This document shows, piece after piece, positions 59,421 to 64,000 of a DNA stretch of 64,000 nucleotides. Both the position numbers and the translations under genes were made by a program. The stretch is taken from contig CAVXKA010000001.1 in NCBI GenBank assembly GCA_963762255.1, positions 1,322,121-1,386,120 on the forward strand. Reading direction: 5' to 3'. The stretch comes from Candidatus Eiseniibacteriota bacterium (GTDB lineage Bacteria > Eisenbacteria > RBG-16-71-46 > JABDJR01). The first letter of the stretch is position 1; every line of letters begins with the position of its first letter. The notes below the pieces were generated by a model. The model saw nothing but the letters and a program-made list of their open reading frames with translations. It searched no databases and was not told the origin of the DNA.

Positions 59421-60553
59421 GCGCGGCGCGCACGCAGGGTGAGCGCGGCGTGAGCGGACCCCGCCCCGCGCTTGCGGCACGCTTGAACTGGCGCGCGCTG
59501 ACCATGGTGGGCGCGCTTGCCCTCATCTGGATCGTGTTCGGCCTCCTCACCGACGGCACCTTCTTCCTGCCGCGCAATCTCTCGCTCCTGGCGCGACAGA
59601 TGTCGGTGACCGCGATCCTCGCCGTCGGGATGGTGCTGGTGATCGTCGCCGGTCAGATCGATCTCTCGGTCGGCGCGATGTCGGGTCTGCTCGGCGGACT
59701 TTCCACGTTGGCGCTGATGAAGCTGGGCTGGCCGCTGCCGGCCGCGGTGGCGCTGGCGCTCGCGGCGGGGGCGGCGTTCGGCGCTGTGCAGGGAGGCCTC
59801 GTCGCGCGGTTCCGCATACCTCCCTTCATCGTGACGCTGGGCGGCATGCTCATCTTTCAAGGGGCGCTCCTGGGCGTGACCGGAGGAGTGTCCACCGCGC
59901 CCAGCCGCGGCTACCTGCGCATCGCGCAGACGTATTTGCCCGCGTGGCTCGGGTGGACGGCCGCGCTGGTGGTGGCGGCGCTCTTGCTCGTTCACGCCGC
60001 GCGCTCGGCGGGGCTCACCCGCGTGCGCGACATCGTGCTGGCGGCGGTTGCGCTGGTCGCCGCCGCGGTGATGAACGCCTATGAGGGCATTCCGTTTCCG
60101 GTATTGCTCGTGCTCGTGATCGCGCTGCTCTTGGCCTTGGTCGCCGGGCGCACGCCGTTCGGAAGACACCTGTATGCGATCGGCGGGAACCGAGACGCGG
60201 CGTTCTACGCGGGCATCCCGATCGGGCGGCGCATCGTCGGCGTGTTCAGCCTGATGGGACTTCTGTGCGGCATGGCCGGCGTCGTGCTCACCGCGCGCGT
60301 CGGCGCCGCCACGGTGGACGCCGGGCGCATGATGGAGCTGGACGCGATCGCCGCGGCGGTCATCGGCGGCACCTCGCTCATGGGCGGCCAGGGGACGGTG
60401 TGGGGTGCCTTGCTCGGCGCGCTGGTCATGGCGTCGCTCGACAACGGCATGAGCCTCCTCAACACCGAGTCGTTCTGGCAGCCGATCCTCAAGGGGACGA
60501 TCCTCATCGCCGCGGTGGCGATGGACATGGCGGGGCGGCGCAGGGAGCGGTAG
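59417..60553 (+). CDS. xylH: xylose/sugar ABC transporter permease
   Basis: Ten hydrophobic segments typical of the AraH/XylH family. ATGA overlap with xylG. Confidence 0.8.
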   Translation: MSAARTQGERGVSGPRPALAARLNWRALTMVGALALIWIVFGLLTDGTFFLPRNLSLLARQMSVTAILAVGMVLVIVAGQIDLSVGAMSGLLGGLSTLALMKLGWPLPAAVALALAAGAAFGAVQGGLVARFRIPPFIVTLGGMLIFQGALLGVTGGVSTAPSRGYLRIAQTYLPAWLGWTAALVVAALLLVHAARSAGLTRVRDIVLAAVALVAAAVMNAYEGIPFPVLLVLVIALLLALVAGRTPFGRHLYAIGGNRDAAFYAGIPIGRRIVGVFSLMGLLCGMAGVVLTARVGAATVDAGRMMELDAIAAAVIGGTSLMGGQGTVWGALLGALVMASLDNGMSLLNTESFWQPILKGTILIAAVAMDMAGRRRER

Positions 60554-60621
60554 GCCGCTTCGGCGCGTTGGTCGCGGTCCCGTCCGGCGCCGCTATTCAC
60601 AAGTCGAGCTGGCACCCCGGT

Positions 60622-61944
60622 TCAGAAGAGCGCGTTCTCCAGGTCGTAGTTCAGGCCGAGGTTCAACTGCCAGTTCCAGTACTCGTCGTGCCTACGATCC
60701 CCGGTCCCAGTACGCTGCCATTGGACCCTGACGGTGGGCGAGAGGCTCACGCGATCCTCGATGTAGAACCGGTACGTGGATTGAAGGCCGAGCAACCGCT
60801 CGCGCGAGATGAAGTCGCTCTCGGGGACCTCGGAGTACCTGAAGGAGCCGGTGAGGAAGGTTGTCCAGATCGCGCGATCGGCCACGACCCAAAGGTGCTG
60901 GGTGGAGAGACTTCCGAGTCCCAGCTCGTGCTTGCCCTGCGCGGGGTTCGAATAATCCCACCACGAGTACGAGCCGCTGAACGCGAGCGCGAGCTGGCGG
61001 TCGAGGCTCAGGTTGTGGATCCATCGGGCATCGATCGCCGGACCCAGGTTCGTGCTCCATTCGCGCTCGTTGCCGCCGGTCGAGCTGCGGCTGGCGCGGG
61101 CGCTCAACTCCACGCGCGCCCCCTCCTCACGCGACCCTAGGTTTTCCTGGAGCACATCGCGCAGGTAGAGGACCTCGTAGGGAGAGAGCGGTTCGCCCCG
61201 GCCCAGGAGCGGCTCCAGCACGTCCCGCCAGAGCTGCCGGTCGGGCCGGTCGAAGACCCGCTGGTAGCCCCCAATGCGGGCGAAGACACCGGCGAGGCGA
61301 AGGACATCCTCGCGGGAAAGCGGCTCCCGTCCCAGCGCCCGCAAGCGCTCGCTCAGGCGCTGTGCCTGAAGGAGCGGGGTCACGTCGCGGACTCTTCCAT
61401 ACCCGGCGCCCATACCGACCGAGGTCGAGAGACTGCGCTGCAGGTACACGCTCCCGCCACTACCCTGGTGGGAGCGGTCCTCCTGGTAGCGGCCCCTGAT
61501 GTCCGCGCTTCCCAGCAGGTAGGTGTCACCTCGGGCGTAGTCACGGATCGAGCCGGACAGGTCGAGTTCTTCCGTGAAGGTGGACTGATAACCCCGGCCG
61601 GCTGTCGTGCCCACCCGCTGCCAGGACCAATCCCCCTCCTCGCCCGCCGAAACCGACCAGTTCCTTGGTTCGCTCTCGCGGTGCCACGTCACGTAGAGCC
61701 CCTGCTGGGCATTCGCGACGGTCCGGCTGTTGTCGGAGTAGCTCATGGACCCGTACCGGTTCGAACCCAGCCCCCCCGATCCGAGCCCGAGCGTGACAGT
61801 CCGGTATCCCCAGTCCGGGAGGCGGTAGTCGAGGAGCGTCGATACGTCCTCGGGATTGGTGAAGCCCACCGAGGTCTGGGCGGCGGCCGGATCGGCGACA
61901 ACGCAGAGGGCGAGAACGGCCAAGATGAGCAAGCTGGGTTTCAT
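60622..61944 (-). CDS. outer-membrane beta-barrel protein (unknown family)
   Basis: Signal peptide [22 protein letters not shown]. Alternating amphipathic beta-strands. C-terminal ...LNYDLENALF (terminal Phe). Confidence 0.55.
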   Translation of the reverse strand: MKPSLLILAVLALCVVADPAAAQTSVGFTNPEDVSTLLDYRLPDWGYRTVTLGLGSGGLGSNRYGSMSYSDNSRTVANAQQGLYVTWHRESEPRNWSVSAGEEGDWSWQRVGTTAGRGYQSTFTEELDLSGSIRDYARGDTYLLGSADIRGRYQEDRSHQGSGGSVYLQRSLSTSVGMGAGYGRVRDVTPLLQAQRLSERLRALGREPLSREDVLRLAGVFARIGGYQRVFDRPDRQLWRDVLEPLLGRGEPLSPYEVLYLRDVLQENLGSREEGARVELSARASRSSTGGNEREWSTNLGPAIDARWIHNLSLDRQLALAFSGSYSWWDYSNPAQGKHELGLGSLSTQHLWVVADRAIWTTFLTGSFRYSEVPESDFISRERLLGLQSTYRFYIEDRVSLSPTVRVQWQRTGTGDRRHDEYWNWQLNLGLNYDLENALF

Positions 61945-62160
61945 GCGGCGCTCCAGGTTCGAGAACGTTGGCAAGCCCGGTCTACGCACGAGGGTGGGCG
62001 CAAGATACGCGCCCCGCACCGGCAAGGCAACCCGCTGCCTGCCGGCGTTGCCCCGACACGCCATCGCGGTTAGAGTTGCGTGCTCGGTGATGACCGGTCG
62101 AGCCCACCGGCGCGGCAAGAGCGCCCTCGGGGCGGCCCACAGTGAAGCAAGGGAGTCAGG

Positions 62161-63564
62161 ATGCAGCGGGACAGGATCAAGACGTTGTTGGCGCAGGGCG
62201 CGGCCGGACAGGCGGTGACCGTGTGCGGATGGGTCCGCACGAAACGCGAGTCGAAGGAGATCGCCTTCCTCGCCGTCAACGACGGAACCACGCAGGAGCA
62301 CCTGCAGCTTGTGATCCCGTCCGGTTCACCGGCGTCGGCGCTCCTGTCACGCGTGGGCACGGGCGCGGCGCTCCTCGCCCGCGGAACCCTGCGCGAGTCG
62401 CCCGCCGCGGGTCAAAAGTGGGAAGTGGCGGTCTCCGATTTGGAGATCTTCGGCGAGGCCGATCCCCAGACCTACCCGCTGCAGAAGAAGGGGCACACGC
62501 TCGAGTTCTTGCGCGAGATCGGGCACCTGCGGCCGCGCACGAACACGCTGGGTGCGGTGTTCCGCGTGCGCAACGCATTGGCCTTCGCCGTCCACGAGTT
62601 CTTTCAGAGCCGCGGCTTCGTGTGGGCCCACACGCCGCTCATCACCACCAGCGACAGCGAAGGGGCGGGGCAGCTCTTCAACGTCACCACGTTGGATCTG
62701 AACGCGGTGCCTCGCGGCGAAGACGGCGCCATCGACTTCGATCAGGACTTCTTCGGGCGTCGCGCGTACCTCACCGTGAGCGGCCAGCTCGAGGCCGAGT
62801 TCATGGCGATGGCGCTCGGCGACGTCTACACCTTCGGCCCCACCTTCCGCGCCGAGAACTCCAACACCGCACGCCACCTCTCCGAGTTCTGGATGATCGA
62901 GCCGGAGATGGCGTTCGCCGATCTCGGCGACGACATGACGCTGGCCGAGGACTTCATCCGTCACCTCTGCCGCACGGTGGTGGAGCGCTGCCCGGACGAG
63001 CTGGCGTTCTTCGCGAAGCAATACAAGGAAACGGCGATGCCGATCGACGAGATCGCGCGCCTCGCCGATACGAAGTTCGCGCGATGCACCTACACGGAGG
63101 CCGTCGCGGAACTCGAGAACGCGATGAAGGGCGGCCGCAAGTTCGAGTTCCCGGTCGGATGGGGGAAGGACTTGCAGAGCGAACACGAGCGGTTCCTCAC
63201 CGACCAGGTCTTCAAGGGGCCGGTCATCGTCACCGACTACCCGGAAGCGATCAAGGCCTTCTACATGCGCATGAACGACGACGGGAAGACGGTGGCGGCG
63301 ATGGACGTGCTCGTGCCGCGCATCGGCGAGATCATCGGCGGGAGCCAGCGCGAGGAGCGGCTCGACCGGCTCGAAGCGCGCATGCGCACGATGAACATCC
63401 CCACGGACGGGATGCAGTGGTATCTCGACCTGCGCCGCTACGGCTCGGCGCCGCACTGCGGGTTCGGACTCGGCTTCGAGCGGGCGGTCCAGTACCTCAC
63501 CGGCATGCAGAACATCCGCGACGTGATTCCCTGTCCCCGCGCGCCGCGCGAAGCGGGGTTCTAG
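62161..63564 (+). CDS. asnS: asparagine--tRNA ligase
   Basis: Class IIb aaRS motifs ([20 protein letters not shown]). N-terminal OB fold. 467 aa. Confidence 0.93.
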   Translation: MQRDRIKTLLAQGAAGQAVTVCGWVRTKRESKEIAFLAVNDGTTQEHLQLVIPSGSPASALLSRVGTGAALLARGTLRESPAAGQKWEVAVSDLEIFGEADPQTYPLQKKGHTLEFLREIGHLRPRTNTLGAVFRVRNALAFAVHEFFQSRGFVWAHTPLITTSDSEGAGQLFNVTTLDLNAVPRGEDGAIDFDQDFFGRRAYLTVSGQLEAEFMAMALGDVYTFGPTFRAENSNTARHLSEFWMIEPEMAFADLGDDMTLAEDFIRHLCRTVVERCPDELAFFAKQYKETAMPIDEIARLADTKFARCTYTEAVAELENAMKGGRKFEFPVGWGKDLQSEHERFLTDQVFKGPVIVTDYPEAIKAFYMRMNDDGKTVAAMDVLVPRIGEIIGGSQREERLDRLEARMRTMNIPTDGMQWYLDLRRYGSAPHCGFGLGFERAVQYLTGMQNIRDVIPCPRAPREAGF

Positions 63565-63668
63565 GACTTTTCCAAGCTGTTTTCGGCCCCCCCCGCCGTA
63601 TTCTAATTGCGGACTAATCTTGTCGGGTATATGCTGCTCGTCCGTAGTCTTCCCTCCCGGAGGTCCGA

Positions 63669-64000
63669 TTGATCGGCAAGAACGTCTCTCATTATCGCGT
63701 CGTGGACAGGCTTGGCAGCGGGGGGATGGGGGTCGTCTACCGAGCGGAGGATACGGTCCTGGACCGCTCGGTCGCCCTCAAGTTCCTCCCCCAGGAGGCC
63801 ACCCGGGACAAGCCCTCTCTGGATCGGTTCCTCCGCGAAGCCCGCTCGGCTGCGGCACTCAACCATCCGCACATCTGCACCATTCATGAGATCGGGGAGC
63901 ACGAGGGAGAGCCTTTCATCGTGATGGAGTTGATGGAGGGGCAGACGCTGGCGCAGCGCATCGAGGGCAAGCCGCTCAAGATCGATCTCATCTTGGACCT
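63669..64000 (+). CDS. Ser/Thr protein kinase, N-terminal fragment (continues beyond window), paralog of the 42879 kinase
   Basis: TTG start. [40 protein letters not shown] is near-identical in pattern to [40 protein letters not shown] at 42879. Confidence 0.7.
   Translation, partial: MIGKNVSHYRVVDRLGSGGMGVVYRAEDTVLDRSVALKFLPQEATRDKPSLDRFLREARSAAALNHPHICTIHEIGEHEGEPFIVMELMEGQTLAQRIEGKPLKIDLILD

Overview
This is a high-GC (~68-70%) bacterial chromosomal segment. Its gene content (short-form GlgB, Ser/Thr kinases with TPR tails, a DUF3857/transglutaminase pair, a Por/T9SS-like C-terminal sorting domain, many secreted peptidases and glycosidases) looks Gemmatimonadota/Acidobacteriota-like, but that is only an inference. 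No rRNA, tRNA or CRISPR array was recognised. The window mixes housekeeping genes (glgB, ettA, asnS, class I aldolase, FprA-type reductase, DEAD-box helicase, xylFGH) with an accessory complement: a DUF3857/transglutaminase tandem, a GH-like beta-propeller, an ABC ATPase plus permease::M1-aminopeptidase fusion, a HEPN/MNT toxin-antitoxin pair, a roughly 1,200-aa HEXXH/PKD/HYR protease with a T9SS-type CTD, S46/M29/M16 peptidases, cbiMQO, a cytochrome-c peroxidase co-operonic with a Cyc2-like cytochrome-porin, an ECF sigma/anti-sigma pair, and a GH92-ClC-xylFGH carbohydrate block. Three observations stand out most. First, a conserved ~90-nt element occurs three times in direct orientation at 4559-7197, delimiting two secreted-protein genes like cassettes. 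Second, the CCP plus Cyc2-like candidate outer-membrane redox pair. Third, frame disruptions are very unevenly distributed: about 30 in the window, at least 17 of them in nine consecutive genes at 41.5-51.8 kb, against none in 22.6-41.5 kb. That pattern is either local pseudogenisation or locally poor consensus, and it makes many gene models composite.
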